Position numbers and translations under genes: made by a program | The notes under the pieces: model-generated | Database searches by the model: none | Seen by the model: the letters and a program-made list of their open reading frames with translations, nothing else | Told to the model about the DNA's origin: nothing | DNA from: Octopus bimaculoides | Lineage: Eukaryota | Direction: 5' to 3' | Assembly: GCF_001194135.2 (NCBI RefSeq) | Contig: NC_068990.1 | Coordinates: 90,229,965-90,285,731 of the forward strand | DNA length: 55,767 nucleotides | Shown: positions 26,585-40,392 of the stretch, in pieces | How positions within the stretch are numbered: position 1 is the stretch's first letter | Layout of the letters: each line of letters opens with the position of its first letter

Positions 26585-26889
26585 GATTCATTATAATACA
26601 TATATGATTATGTAGGTAAATGTATACAGCATCGTATATACACACACGTATGTGAATGTGAGTGTGTTTATATATATATTCAAATAAATAAATACATTGA
26701 TACGTGAATGTGCGTGTGTGTATGTATCAATTGTTATCATCAAAATAGATAAGACAAAATCGCCTGAAACGAAATATTGATCTCCAGAATAAACGAGGTA
26801 AAAAGACTAAATAAAAAGAAAGCGAAAACCTTACAAAAAAAACTCTACTGTAAAAAAAAAAAAAATTTGCGTGTGGATTTGTATAAACA

Positions 26890-26929
<40 letters not shown>

Positions 26930-27730
26930 GCTGTTGTTGTTGTTATTATTACTGTTATTATTATCATTATTATTATTATGATTATTATTGTTGTTGTTGT
27001 TATTATTAGTGTTGGTATTAGTATAGCTTATACTTATATTTTAATAAATTTTGCTTTGCTCGTTACTTCGTCTTCGTTATTAATGGTATAGTTGTTTTCT
27101 TTTTTTTTTTGGTACGCAATTTTCGTATATTTACTTTACATGGTTCAAATATATACAGACCAAAACTCAACTATCCCAAATATTATAAAATAATCAAATA
27201 TTCTATTTATGTACATATGCCGAGTATGTGAAACAGAGGAGATTTTTATGCTTCTATTTTCTTCTCTTTATCAGACGTAGTAGTCCGAGAAAATGTACTG
27301 CAAAATTATTAGGGAAAAGAACTCCTGTCGAGTTCAAATGGTTTATGTGACTCACTGCAAACGCAGGAATTTTCATTGGGCGAAATATAATACACAAAGG
27401 CTCATATGCGTGCGTACATACTTAAAGTTTATGAACAAAAGGGAAAGCACGCGATACATACGATAGGATTTAAACATGTAATTGTATTGCATGTATGTAT
27501 GTGTTTATGTATATTATGGATATCTGTCTGTCTGTTTGTCTGTCGGTCTGTCTCTCACTTTCCGTGTGTCTGTGAGTATGTGTGTGTGTATACGGATGTG
27601 TGGTAAGAAGTTTGCTTCCCAACTACATGGTTCCGAGTTCAATCTCACTGCGTAGCATTTTCGGCAACTGTCTTCTCTAGCCCTGGACCGAACAGCCCCT
27701 TGCAAGTGGAGTTGGTAGAAGGAAACATAC

Positions 27731-27816
<86 letters not shown>

Positions 27817-28081
27817 ATTTATATATGTATATATATGTATATATATGTATATATATGTATATATATGTAAGTATATATATGTATATTTATGTATGCATTA
27901 TTTGTACACATCTGTGTTCCCACAATAATACATATATATTTTATATTAAAAATATATCTATATATAGACGTCGTATACGCACACCCCTAGACACACAGCC
28001 GCACAAACACACACACACGCACACACATGTATATCATATATGCATGGTTAAAAATAAATATGTACATATATCTATCTATCA

Positions 28082-28129
<48 letters not shown>

Positions 28130-29486
28130 TTATTTATTTATATATTAGTAAAGAAGATTAGGAGAAAGATTGCCTGAAACGAAATATTGATCTACTGAAC
28201 AAACGAGAAAGTATACACATAATACAAAGGAATCTCTTCTATAAAATTTATTTTGCATCTGGATATGTATAAATAACATATTATCACTATAATGTTATTT
28301 TTCATAAAACTCCTTAACTCGTTATTTAGTCTTCACTGATTGTAGTACGTCTGTCTTTCCCCAATTTTCGTTTCTTTAAGCTGTATAGTTCAAATATATA
28401 GGCTAATCCTATACTTCGCGAAATTGATAAAAAAAAATGTAATTTTCTATTTACGTATATTTGTGCTGTGCTGAGTAAATAAGATGGGGAAAAAAGACGT
28501 TTTTAAGTTTATATTTCGTCTCTTAATCAGCTGGTATCTATGTTTAGATGTGTTCGTGCGCTGATTACATTTTTTTAGGGGTAATAGACTGCAAAAATAT
28601 TAGTAAGATAAAAAAATTACTATCAATTTTGATTGGATTTGATATCAATGTGTGTTAAGCTATGAAAGCGAATATACTAGCAATCAAGAAAGAAACTGCA
28701 ATGTAGGACACTGCTAAACTAAACATTCTAATGGTAGACGTCGAACAAAAAGAACGGAAAATGTGTTTCACCTATGCTATCCGCATGAAAGGCGTTAGCA
28801 CATCTAGTACGGTATGTTCTGCATTCATTTACCTGGGTGCTCACACACAGACAGACCGACAGACACACACTAATGCAGATGGTATGTCTCTTTAATATTA
28901 AAATATTTAGATCAGTGGAATTAGAGAAAATAGTAAAAACAATATGTACTACAATAAATACGTTTGAGGATGGAATATCCGAAGAGTCGATAATCAAAGC
29001 CATTCCTGCCACACCTAATAATATGTTTATAAATTCATGATAATCCGAGAGCTAATCTCCTTAATATTTGTAAAAATATTGCAAGGACTATTAGATCGGT
29101 CTTACGTAAGTCTTGTCACTTTTTAACGGCGGTGCATGAGCATGGCCGCAGCTCTGAGCTGAAACTATATATAAAAAAAAAAAACGTCTCTAAAACGGAT
29201 ATAGGGCAGACACGTTCGACTATAGGAAAGACTGGAACAATTCTATGGAATTCAGTGATAACCGGCACTAAATAGACTCAACACAAACGTTATATCTATA
29301 CGTACTTATGTTGCAACGTCAAGACAGAAGATGGCTGAATAAGTTTACGTGCAAAAATCATCGATCAGTCTCGACCTCGAAAATTAAGGAGTCCTTATGA
29401 TCCACCCCTAGACAGTTTTACACAAACGGATATATTTCAGTAAATACGTACCAGCAGGCACACATGTTCTTGTACGCAAGCATGCG

Positions 29487-29533
<47 letters not shown>

Positions 29534-29543
29534 NNNNNNNNNN

Positions 29544-29587
<44 letters not shown>

Positions 29588-29783
29588 ACACACATTTCTA
29601 TGTCTATATATTCCTCCAGTTATACTTGCAGAGATATATCCTAGTTGTTTGTGTATTTGAAATATTTGTATCTCGTATTTAGTGCCTTCATAAAATTTAT
29701 GCCGTGAAAGACAGCGTAAATTTAAAGAATTAAATTTTAAGCAGATTAAGCTTGTAAGTACATACGTACATACATACATACAT

Positions 29784-29836
<53 letters not shown>

Positions 29837-30312
29837 ACTATACACGCGTGTGTGTGTCTGCAGAAAGTGTAAATATGCTTTTAAGCATAGACATATGAAT
29901 TCACTTTATCAAACAATTATTTGTAATAATACTCTTTCTTAAAATTGTATTTTCAATTTTGCTATCTCTTTTCAGACTAAGATTTTATGTTACAGGCAGT
30001 TTCGTTTTGATGGTATAGAATTGCTACAGGTTTTTATTCATATTTTTATTGCTTGAATTTACAAAATTACTATAATTTCGAGTGTGTAATAATATACCAC
30101 TTAGTAATTGTAGAATTAATTTTTTTTTATTGCTACAGTTTATTTTGAGTAAGATTTTATAAAAAATCTTTCTTCTTCTGCATGTGTATGAGATTTTGTT
30201 GTACAAGCATTACGTGAGTAATAGACGAATGCGTTAATATGGTGATCACTACACGTGTATACACACACACACTCATATATATAGATATACATATACATAA
30301 TCATATATATAC

Positions 30313-30381
<69 letters not shown>

Positions 30382-30719
30382 NNNNNNNNNNNNNNNNNNN
30401 NNNNNNNNNNNNNNNNNNNNNNNNNNNNNNNNNNNNNNNNNNNNNNNNNNNNNNNNNNNNNNNNNNNNNNNNNNNNNNNNNNNNNNNNNNNNNNNNNNNN
30501 NNNNNNNNNNNNNNNNNNNNNNNNNNNNNNNNNNNNNNNNNNNNNNNNNNNNNNNNNNNNNNNNNNNNNNNNNNNNNNNNNNNNNNNNNNNNNNNNNNNN
30601 NNNNNNNNNNNNNNNNNNNNNNNNNNNNNNNNNNNNNNNNNNNNNNNNNNNNNNNNNNNNNNNNNNNNNNNNNNNNNNNNNNNNNNNNNNNNNNNNNNNN
30701 NNNNNNNNNNNNNNNNNNN

Positions 30720-30773
<54 letters not shown>

Positions 30774-31697
30774 CTCCATGGAGAGAGAGAGACACACACA
30801 CACGCATACACACACATATATATTTATACATATAAGTAATCCAAAGACACGGAGGAAAAACATATATATACATAAATACATATACACTGCCCGAAGAGAT
30901 AGCCGAAATCGGAAGCGCCACCTACTTGGGATGCCCTCACGAAGTAAGACTATATACTCTGAGACGATTTAAGACTCCACAATTTCCATAAATCTCTTGG
31001 CTGATAATGCTACAGGGACGACTTTCTAGGTGGAAATAAAACCTACTGTGCCAGTGGTGTCGTTAGGAAATATTAATCAAAATACAGAGAGAGAGATCGA
31101 TGAAACAGTTGACAAAGCTTGTGGATTTATGTTGAGTAGCAATTGTCAGGTCTTGAATGGATCTCGCTATAAGTCGAGTCCTTGCTAAGTATCAAACAGC
31201 GCCTTCCTTACGTGAAAAATGTTTGTACCCTCCGCGAGGTTATCATCAACTTCGTTAATAATTGAAGAAAAGGAACATGGAGCGTTAAGTGCTACCTTTC
31301 ATTAGATTTTCTGAACTGAATGGTTTGTGACACTAACATATACCTTTGTCGAATGGACTTATTCTGAATATTCGGCTGTTGGCAGTAAAATCCACAGATG
31401 CAAGGAGATACTGTCCTCCAGAAGCCAAGCTAATTCGGGTAGTGATAACCCATAAGGGGCTGGGGTCTTATTGGCACTATTATATATTATATCATAGCGT
31501 CCGTTTTCTGTACTCGATAAAAATTACTATTGTTTGTAATTTGTATTTTTAGTGCCCTCCCATGTACCACCCTTGTGGAAATAATAGAAATGATAATAAT
31601 AATAATGTTATTATTGCCTCATATTCGACACGCCTTTAAAATTTCTGTCATTAATTTTATTTTTACTTTCAATTATATGAAATAAAAAAAAAATGTC

Positions 31698-31898
31698 TTC
31701 ATAATTTTGTAAAGTTCTATATTTTGTAAAAACAATTTCCTTATTCGCTTTCCTTATCTTTAAACTGTTCCGTTCTATAGAGATTACTTGCAGACTGATC
31801 TCTTCTGCTTGAAAAGATTGGCGCAGCAATTTGGTAATTTGCCGCATTCAGTTTAATTATATATCACGTATACGACAGCAATATTTCAAAACAAGCTC
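31698..31898 (+). repeat. ~200-bp direct repeat, left copy (partner 33565-33771)
   Basis: Direct visual alignment (TTCATAATTTT...AAAGTTCTATATTTTGT...ACAAGCTC) with scattered substitutions and small indels. Confidence 0.9.
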
Positions 31899-32160
31899 GA
31901 CAATCTGCAAATAAATCATTGAACAATTATATAACAGCTTGTATCCTCCTCCTCCTCCTCCTCCTCCTCNNNNNNNNNNNNNNNNNNNNNNNNNNNNNNN
32001 NNNNNNNNNNNNNNNNNNNNNNNNNNNNNNNNNNNNNNNNNNNNNNNNNNNNNNNNNNNNCTTCTTCTTCTTCTTCTTCTTCTTCTTCTTCTTCTTCTTC
32101 TTCTTCTTCTTCTTCTTCTTCTTCTTCTTCTCCTTCTTCTTCTTCTCATCATCATCATCA

Positions 32161-32194
<34 letters not shown>

Positions 32195-32204
32195 CATCAT
32201 CATT

Positions 32205-32370
32205 ATTATTCAGTAGTCTTATTTCTATCACGTGCTTTCACTGCACTGCCGAGCGCAGCTCTGTGTACCTTGAGTGTGTGCTGTAGTTTGTTGTGATGGT
32301 CTTATGGTTACTGTACTGAAAGTGTTTTATGTAGGATGTGTGCATTGCCTAGTAGTGCTATTTTCTGTAT
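32205..32370 (-). mobile_element. R4/Dong-type LINE extreme 3' end (subfamily A)
   Basis: Minus strand IQKIALLGNAHILHKTLSVQ* (32370-32308), then a ~100-nt 3' UTR ending in a (TAA)/(TGA) trinucleotide tail. Confidence 0.7.
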
Positions 32371-32378
32371 CTTATATA

Positions 32379-32785
32379 TAGTGGTGATAAATAAGGTGCA
32401 CCAGATATGCTATATAGTTGATGTTACATGCCTCTTTGATCCACGAATAGTTAAGAAGGAAGGCGAAAAGATAGATTATAACAACCCTCTTATGTACGAA
32501 ATAGCCCGGCTATGGAAAATAAAGAAGGTGAAGATAGAGCCAATTATTGTTGGGTCCTTGGGAACAGTATCAGAAGGCATCAAGAGGAATATAAAGGAAA
32601 TTGGAACAGAGTGCCCAGTAGAACTGTTACAAAAGGTTTGCCTCCTTGGCATGGCCAGAATAATCAGGTAAGTATTAGATAACTGAAAACTATGAATAGC
32701 ATGGTACCGTAGGCTGCAGGTAATAAGCTCGCTACGCATTCAAGACTCCAGGAGCTCCAACAAAACCTGAGATACTAATAATAAT
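32379..32785 (+). mobile_element. R4/Dong-type LINE restriction-like endonuclease fragment with 3' UTR and TAA tail (subfamily B)
   Basis: VDVTCLFDPRIVKKEGEKIDY..LMYEIARLWKIKKVKIEPIIVGSLGTV...LLQKVCLLGMARIIR*VLDN* is the typical REL C-terminus, with a nonsense change at a Lys codon. TAATAATAAT tail at ~32776-32785. Confidence 0.85.
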
Positions 32786-33255
32786 GGTGCACCTTATTTA
32801 CCCCCACTAGATCCGCTCTCTTATGCTCTAGCACCTGATCTGTTTGGATTGGGATATCCCAGAGGATTTTGCTAGTCTCCGACTCTGTCACCCTGTGCGG
32901 GCTGTGCTCATATCATGTCTTGCTTTCTCTAGCCCCACTTTTCGCACAGTTTCCAATGAATCACTTTCGTTACCTGGTCGTGTCGCCACAGCTTGTAGTG
33001 GTTTTGGGTAATTCTGGGGCATTTGTTCGTAATATGGGCAATAGTCTCATCTACTCTATTGCAGACGCGGCACAGCGGAGACACTTGCTCATTCCTAAGG
33101 TTGACCCCCCCCCCAGTTCGTGGCAAAAGTTTCGTCCTGCACTGCTAGTATACTGCTTTCGGTCTCTTTCGTTTAGGTTTCCTTTCATCAGCCAATCTCA
33201 CCTATTTCTTCCAGTAACTTTTGTTGCAGCTACATGGAATTGATTGTGTAATCCT
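32786..33255 (-). mobile_element. R4/Dong-type LINE CCHC zinc-knuckle fragment
   Basis: Minus strand WLMKGNL../ETESSILAVQDETFATN...CRVCNRVDETIAHITNKCP...RHDQVTKVIHWKLCEKWG*, then after a frameshift KILWDIPIQTDQVLEHKRADLVGVNKVH. Confidence 0.85.
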
Positions 33256-33269
33256 TTATTATAATTATA

Positions 33270-33312
<43 letters not shown>

Positions 33313-33564
33313 GTAGTAGTAGTAGTAGTAGTAGTAGTAAGGTGGTGGCGAGCTGGCAGAATTCGTTAGAGCGCCGGGCGAAAGTTTTAGCGGTATTTCG
33401 TCACTGGAAGAAAGGCAGTGTCCATGAGTACTCTCGGTTCTTCTGTGACCGATAAAAGAAATTGAGCGAGATATACTCGGCCAAGAAACCTGTTCCGAAT
33501 GATTGCCACGTACAGAGTGGATTTTGTTCCTACTTTCACTAATATTTATCAAACCAAATTTTTA

Positions 33565-33771
33565 TTCATAATTTTATAAAGTTCTATATTTTGTGAAAAC
33601 CATTTCCTTATTCGTTTTCCTTATCTTTAAACTGTTCCGTTCTATAGAGATTACTTGCAAACTGTGATATCTTCTGCTTGAGAAGATTGGCGCAGCAATT
33701 TGATAATTTGCTGCATTCCGTTAAATAATGTATCACGTATCATGACAGCAATATTTCAAAATAACAAGCTC
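33565..33771 (+). repeat. ~200-bp direct repeat, right copy
   Basis: Aligns to 31698-31898. Confidence 0.9.
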
Positions 33772-35929
33772 TGCTGTAGGCATCTAAAAGCCATGTGGTG
33801 TGCTAAGCTAAGTGTCATCTTAATTCTAATACGCGGAATAAAGATAAAGCAAAACTGATGAGGTTGCGAATGTAATAATATGATTATTATGAATTCACGT
33901 AAAACAAATGAGTTTCCAGCTTATAATTTAAATTTCATTACAGAAATTTAAGGGAAGGGAATTTTAGGACTTGACTTGATAAAAAATTAATATAAAACCT
34001 TACCAAAGGCAATTTGAAGTTATTGGGGAAGTAGGCCGTTCGGAGCGGAAGGCCGCTAAATGTTTCATTTGCGCCAAAATATAACTTTCCACTGATTGTA
34101 TAGTTAAAGAAATGTAGACAGTTATTTTGCTAGTTGTCGACAAAGGACAGTGGCTATGCTGGGGCAGCATTGTTTATGTACGTTTAAATATAAATTCTTG
34201 TTTCTTTTTGTTTTNNNNNNNNNNNNNNNNNNNNNNNNNNNNNNNNNNNNNNNNNNNNNNNNNNNNNNNNNNNNNNNNNNNNNNNNNNNNNNNNNNNNNN
34301 NNNNNNNNNNNNNNNNNNNNNNNNNNNNNNNNNNNNNNNNNNNNNNNNNNNNNNNNNNNNNNNNNNNNNNNNNNNNNNNNNNNNNNNNNNNNNNNNNNNN
34401 NNNNNNNNNNNNNNNNNNNNNNNNNNNNNNNNNNNNNNNNNNNNNNNNNNNNNNNNNNNNNNNNNNNNNNNNNNNNNNNNNNNNNNNNNNNNNNNNNNNN
34501 NNNNNNNNNNNNNNNNNNNNNNNNNNNNNNNNNNNNNNNNNNNNNNNNNNNNNNNNNNNNNNNNNGGGGGAATTTGGCAGAATGGTCATTCGCCCGCTGA
34601 CATTCGTTGACGCCGCATAGAAGAAACCAAAGAACAAAAGAAAAAACAGAGAAAGCCAAAAAAACACACTCAACACCAAAGCTGAAGACACTTCCGAAAG
34701 GACGGTAGTGTGTGTGTGTGGGGGGGGGGGCTGCGTCAAAAACTGTAAAGGAGTAGGGGCTGAAACCGATGTGGTTCCTCCTGATGGTGTCTTTATCCAT
34801 TGGACCTTATAAAGGAGCTGTTGAGGTAGCGAAACATGAAACGTGGTTGGAATTCCTCAGATGATATTGAAAAGTCTACGGAGCACTAATATTGGCGACC
34901 AATTATGAATAAAAGTCATTAAGATTTTCGGATATAAAATTGAGGTATATTAGGTACTTCATAAACACAAATCTAAATTAGAAAAAAAAACTGTACAGAA
35001 TCGCCACGGGTTCTTTGCTAATTTAGGTTTATTAAGTACGTAATTAAACTCAATTCAAAGTTTATTATTGAAAGTCAGAACAGTTTTACTTTATCATAAG
35101 CTACCAGCTTAAACATTATTTAGACATTAACGAACTATTATTATAGTTCGTTAATACAATATTTATTAATTAAATATATGAATATTTTGGTATTAGCAAG
35201 AGCGGTGCATGGGCGGACACGATAGCAAGGTAAATATTTTTAGGCATTTAGTTGCATATCGTTACGTACTGAGTTCAAACGACGCCAAAATCGACTTTGA
35301 TTTTCATCCATTGGCCGGAAATTTTTCCAACAGGATTCCACCAAAGTCAAGCCGGGCCATCACAACCTTATGAAGAAACAAGAAACACCTTGGATTGAAA
35401 AGAGCATCTCAAAATCTAAGAGTGAGCGGAGTAAGATGAAGAAAACAGAGGTAAAATTTAATGAAAATGGAATAAAATTGTCACCTGAGATAGTATCCTT
35501 AGGTGAGAACGAGATAGAAATCTCGTTCTGACCATTAAAATATCACTTGTTTCTTAAACTTATCTAAGACTAGAACGAACAAGTGAGAGATTGAGATCGA
35601 GAGAGAAAAAGAGATACTCTTGAGCAGGCAGTTGGTAAATGGATGTAGATTTTATCAAACAGATTCATAAGATTTGATACATTAACAGCCGTAGTAAGAT
35701 TTCGTGATCTTCCTACATTTCTGTATCATATGACAACATTACTAGAACAATTTACAGCTATTTACGTAGCAATGTATCGTCTGAATGGAAGCATAAATTA
35801 TACCATCGAATAAAAAGACGGACAAAATAGAGGTGACAATCAATACACAATGGAATTATGAATGAATCAACTGCTAAATTTTCAACGTAGATCGATATAA
35901 CACGTTATAAGAATAATTTCAAGCAGAAA

Positions 35930-35962
<33 letters not shown>

Positions 35963-36715
35963 TCAACTGATGAGAAGTAGTAACTCTCCTTCACACTTAG
36001 TTGCTTTTTTTGTCTCTCTATCTTTTTCGGATCTCACTAGTGTTTAAAATGTCTAGTATTAATATGAAACTTTCCCTTTAAAACCATCCTTAAAATGAAG
36101 CGAGAAGAGAATAGATATTTTTCTCTGCTGTGGAAGCTTCACATATCCAATACAGGAGATCAATTCTGATTTCTCAAGGCAATGTTTGAGGAATTCAACG
36201 TAAAAGAATATCTATGATGAATTGAGGTCGAATTGAGGTCGAATTGAGGTCGGAGCAGATTAATGTAACAGTACATAGTTTTTAGCTATAACATCGATCT
36301 GCGGTCACTTGACCGGCTAGAAATATCAGTCAAAATTCTTCAAATCGCACTCTCTAGTTTTAACAGAATGGTGTAAGCGATTAATTATTTGGAACAGAGT
36401 GGATGCTCAATGCTGAAATGTCCTTGTAGATAGGACTATTAATTTACAGCTGATTTGTGTTAAATCAAAGGCCACCATCGGATGGATGAAAGACAATGTT
36501 GATCACGGCAAGTCTACAACTAAAAAATTCAATGAAAATTCTGTTTGACACTTTTCTGTCTGTGTCGCACCAAGGGAACTGAGAAACCACCAACATTTAC
36601 GTAGAAATGTATGGCGAAGGTTCAGAAATTGTAAAGAATCAGTGGAGAACGCCTCACTTTAGATAATTACGGGTTCAAATTCTGTCATGGAAAATTTTGC
36701 CTTCCAAGTTTCCAG

Positions 36716-36822
<107 letters not shown>

Positions 36823-37059
36823 CGTGCGTGTATGTGTAAGTATATATCTGTCATTCGAGGTCTAGGGAGCCAATTACTAAATCGTGTATTTTCAATTTAC
36901 TAGAAAAATATAACTGCTTTTAGATATCTCAGTTAAAATACGTTTGGAGAATACCGTGTCAAACAGTAGTTTGTAAAGAGCCTGTCTGTTGAGCAAACAA
37001 AAAGAATGCAGAAATTCAAATAGTATCATAAAATAAAGCTGAATATACATACGTATAAA

Positions 37060-37373
37060 CAGTGGCGGACTGGGTCTGAAAATATTGGTTGCCAGGAGAC
37101 TAAGGGAGTCTACCCGCAACCACAATGGGGCCCACCCGTAACTACAATGCTATCATTTAATTTTTTGTCCTTTTTTTTTTTGTTAAATGTATTCTTTTCA
37201 GCTTTCTACAAACACAGCCTGGCTGAAATAATTAATGTATTCTTCCAGGAGTGAAAAATGAAAAAAAAATTCTCAAACTTGAGGGGATGGGCCCTTAGAT
37301 ACTAACATGGTCCCTCATATCTGGATTCTAATGGCGCAGGGGCTCACTTGCCATTCTGGCCAGTCCGCCACTG
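37060..37373. mobile_element. 314-bp MITE with perfect 14-bp TIR
   Basis: CAGTGGCGGACTGG ... CCAGTCCGCCACTG. No clean target-site duplication is visible, so the superfamily is unassigned. Confidence 0.75.
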
Positions 37374-40046
37374 TAGACATAAACAAGCGTCTGGAACGAT
37401 GCCTTTGGTCCCTGTTGTAGTTTTGCAATAAAATAAAAAGTACACACACACGAACACAAAGATATGTTTATATCTAACAAAATTTCCTTTTTCTTTATCT
37501 TTCTCTTTCTGTCACTTTCTGTCTCTCTGTCTGTCGGTCTCTCTCTCTCCTTTGTAACATACGCACACGCATACATACACGTATATGTGTAGATAGGAAT
37601 ATAGCTTCCGTAATGATGTTGAAATGCATATAATCACACATACATGGTGTGGAAAGATACATGTGTTAGTCGCACGTGCGTGTGTATTTGTGTGTGTATG
37701 CGTGTGTTTGTGTGTGCGTGTGTGTTTATGTGTGTGCACAAAATTCATTTACTTATTTATCAGTAACCTCGTGCCAAAGTTACGAATCATTATTCGCACG
37801 AAAATAAAATACGCAAAATAAAAAGATAAAGAAAACGATAAACCAAAAATTATTACAACATTAAAAATATAACTCCCCCACCCCTACACACACACCAGAA
37901 AGGAAAAAAACGATCAACAGAATTATGACAACGAACAATGGTAGTTATAGAAGCTATCAAAATGAAAACGAGCAGCTGAAACAAGTTTATAAAATCATGA
38001 TATAAATATACGCTACAGCTAAAAACATGTGAAAGAATATGAGAACAGGCATATAGACAGAAAAATATACATAATATAATATACACAATATAGTCTTGTA
38101 TAGCATCTAGTGGTGCAATCACTCATATTCTGTCGATGATAAAACACTTGGAACCAAACCAAATATTGTGTATTCTCACTTATAGCTATTATATTCATTC
38201 ATTTATTTATGCCTTTGTTTTATATTATATATTTTTGGATTTTTTGAAATATTTTTGCTGTGTTTTATATCGTATTTCTTGGTTTCTTTTATTTTGTTTA
38301 TAGTGTTCTATATTGTATGGTTCTGTAGAGAAACTAAAAAAAAAAAACATATTGATATCGAATACTTGTTTATGACAATTCCTAACCAACCGAAAGACAT
38401 GGACATATTTTCAAACAAACTAAACTGACGGATATCTTCAAATTATAGATGTATCACTTAAAACTAAAACCACTTCAATAGCATTTCAACAGTTTACACA
38501 ATTTTCATGAAATTCCTGTTGTTGTTGCTGTTGTTGTTATGCAGAAAAGTGCAGAGGAAGGTAGGATATTTAGAACATCAGATGAAATGGCTTGTGGTTA
38601 TTTTGTGATGTAACATTTACATTTTGAACGGAAATTCCGCCGGGGATGATTTTGCCTTTCATAATTCCAAGATCGATGAAATAAGAACCAGTCAAGTACT
38701 GTAGAGGAATGGGGGCGGGAAATTTTATCGATTAGATCTCTTTTCCCAAACGTTAAGACTTTTGACTATATCAGATAACATTATTGTTATAATGCGAAAT
38801 GGCATAATGCATAGCATGTTCGTTTAGAGCGGCGGCGGTGTTATGAGTGCTGGAGTGCATATAAAAATTGTGTGTAGTCGAAGAGCGGTACGGACAAAAG
38901 ATGGGCGGTTTATGGCAAGATCTGTAGCGACAGCTGAGGTGGAAGTTTCTACTTCCTGATTTTTCTCGAATTTGGGATAGACGGTGGGAAGATTCTTCGA
39001 ATAAATCAATTTCTTACTAAAACGCACTCGTACCTAGTATCTCGTTTAAGTAGGGAGCTGTTCTCTGGACTTCTCTCCTATCCCAAAATATGGTGGAGAT
39101 ATCTTATTTCTGTATGCTATCAATATATGTATGTACGTATATCTATATTAATCTTTCAAAAATTAATATAGCAAAATTAACCATAACAAATATATTCACA
39201 TACTACAAAGAACGGCATTAAACGTTGATTGAGATAGTGTATCATTAAAACAAACTGAAAGTAAAGTACAAATATCCAGCGGTCATTTCTAAGATATCTC
39301 TCCCGTAAAGATATAAAACGGAAAGTATTTTGAAGTATTTGTGAAGTAAACAGATGTTATTATATGATAAATAACTTAAATTAGAGAAGTAATCAATCAA
39401 ACTTTAAAATGATTCAATTAATAATTGAACTCCACTCATTGTCAATTTCTATCCTTTGATATATCGGTTTGTTTGCTTTGAGTTTGAAACATACCAATTA
39501 AAGGAAATATTTCAACATGATTATCGGTCTTCATTCAGTGATACACGTTCACACAGATATGTTATTAAATATAAGAATTTCAAAATATGAATATTCCTAT
39601 TACATTTATATTATAAAAATTATATACTAGCGATTGAAATAGCACGCAAATTATCCTGAGTTTGGCAGCCTGTCTGGCCAAACTGAAGGGTAGCAGCTCG
39701 GAAACTATTACGTGAAAAACTTGTGACATTATATACTGTTCATGTCTAGACAGAGCGTAGAATGCAGTGCTATTTAGACATCGACAGGTTTCCCAAGGAA
39801 CATCACTCTGTACTTTCAACTATGTGACAGAAATAGAATATTAGACGCAAGCAGAGATAGTGAGTGTGTGTAGCACGTATAATAATGATGTGTAAAAGTC
39901 TCGCAAGCTTGCACAAACGATTCCAACTGTCTGACAAACATCACTTTGTTTTCCCAAACACACAAATATGGACTCGGACAATCATAGAAGGCTTTTCCAT
40001 TTCATTATTAGACAAAAGTTTCATTAGCTAAACCATGAGGGGAGAG

Positions 40047-40392
40047 TGAGATACTTAAGAATAAGTGACTACTCAGGTCACAAATGTATACAAATAGGTT
40101 GAGTTAACTGTTGTGTGGACGCCCCTAGGTGATAAGTAGGCTAGACCAATACGTATAAATAGCTAGACGAAAAGCGTCGAGCAGAGGGCAAGAGCGGGAG
40201 AGCGGGAGAACGAGACGGAGCCGTCGGTAGACAAGACGTCGAATTCGGTAGAGTCGAGTCGTCGGAAGTGAGAGTTGAGTAGAGGTCATCCGCACGTGCG
40301 ATATAACATTAACTTAGATAAAACTAAAAGGAATAGGGTTTCTTTCTGTACTGGAGATTATATAATTCGGAGAACTTTCTAGACGTAATACA
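40047..40392 (+). mobile_element. Probable single LTR (gypsy-like)
   Basis: TG...TACA ends, TATAAATA near 40156, a purine/CpG-rich middle and ATAAAA near 40318. Purine tract GAGGGGAGAG lies immediately upstream and TGGCG lies 1 nt downstream. Confidence 0.45.

Noticed and set aside
28704-29040. Two possible plus-strand exons (DTAKLNILMVDVEQKERKMCF... with GTATGT donor; RSVELEKIVKTIC...)
   Set aside because: Weak acceptor, phases do not join and there is no recognisable domain.
33180-33200. CTGATGA in the Dong fragment (also at ~3645, 5189, 33806, 35967 and 50462)
   Set aside because: Isolated heptamers with no hairpin plus GAAA; some are simply coding sequence.
35312-35532. Short Lys/Glu-rich open frame
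   Set aside because: About 70 codons, no domain or splice support.
36219-36251. GAATTGAGGTC x3 (and TTTATAATTAA x3 at 10388-10420)
   Set aside because: Ordinary slippage triplications with no further structure.
38790-39085. Second LTR-like segment (TATA-like and AATAAA, GC-richer)
   Set aside because: No definable TG..CA boundaries or TSD.
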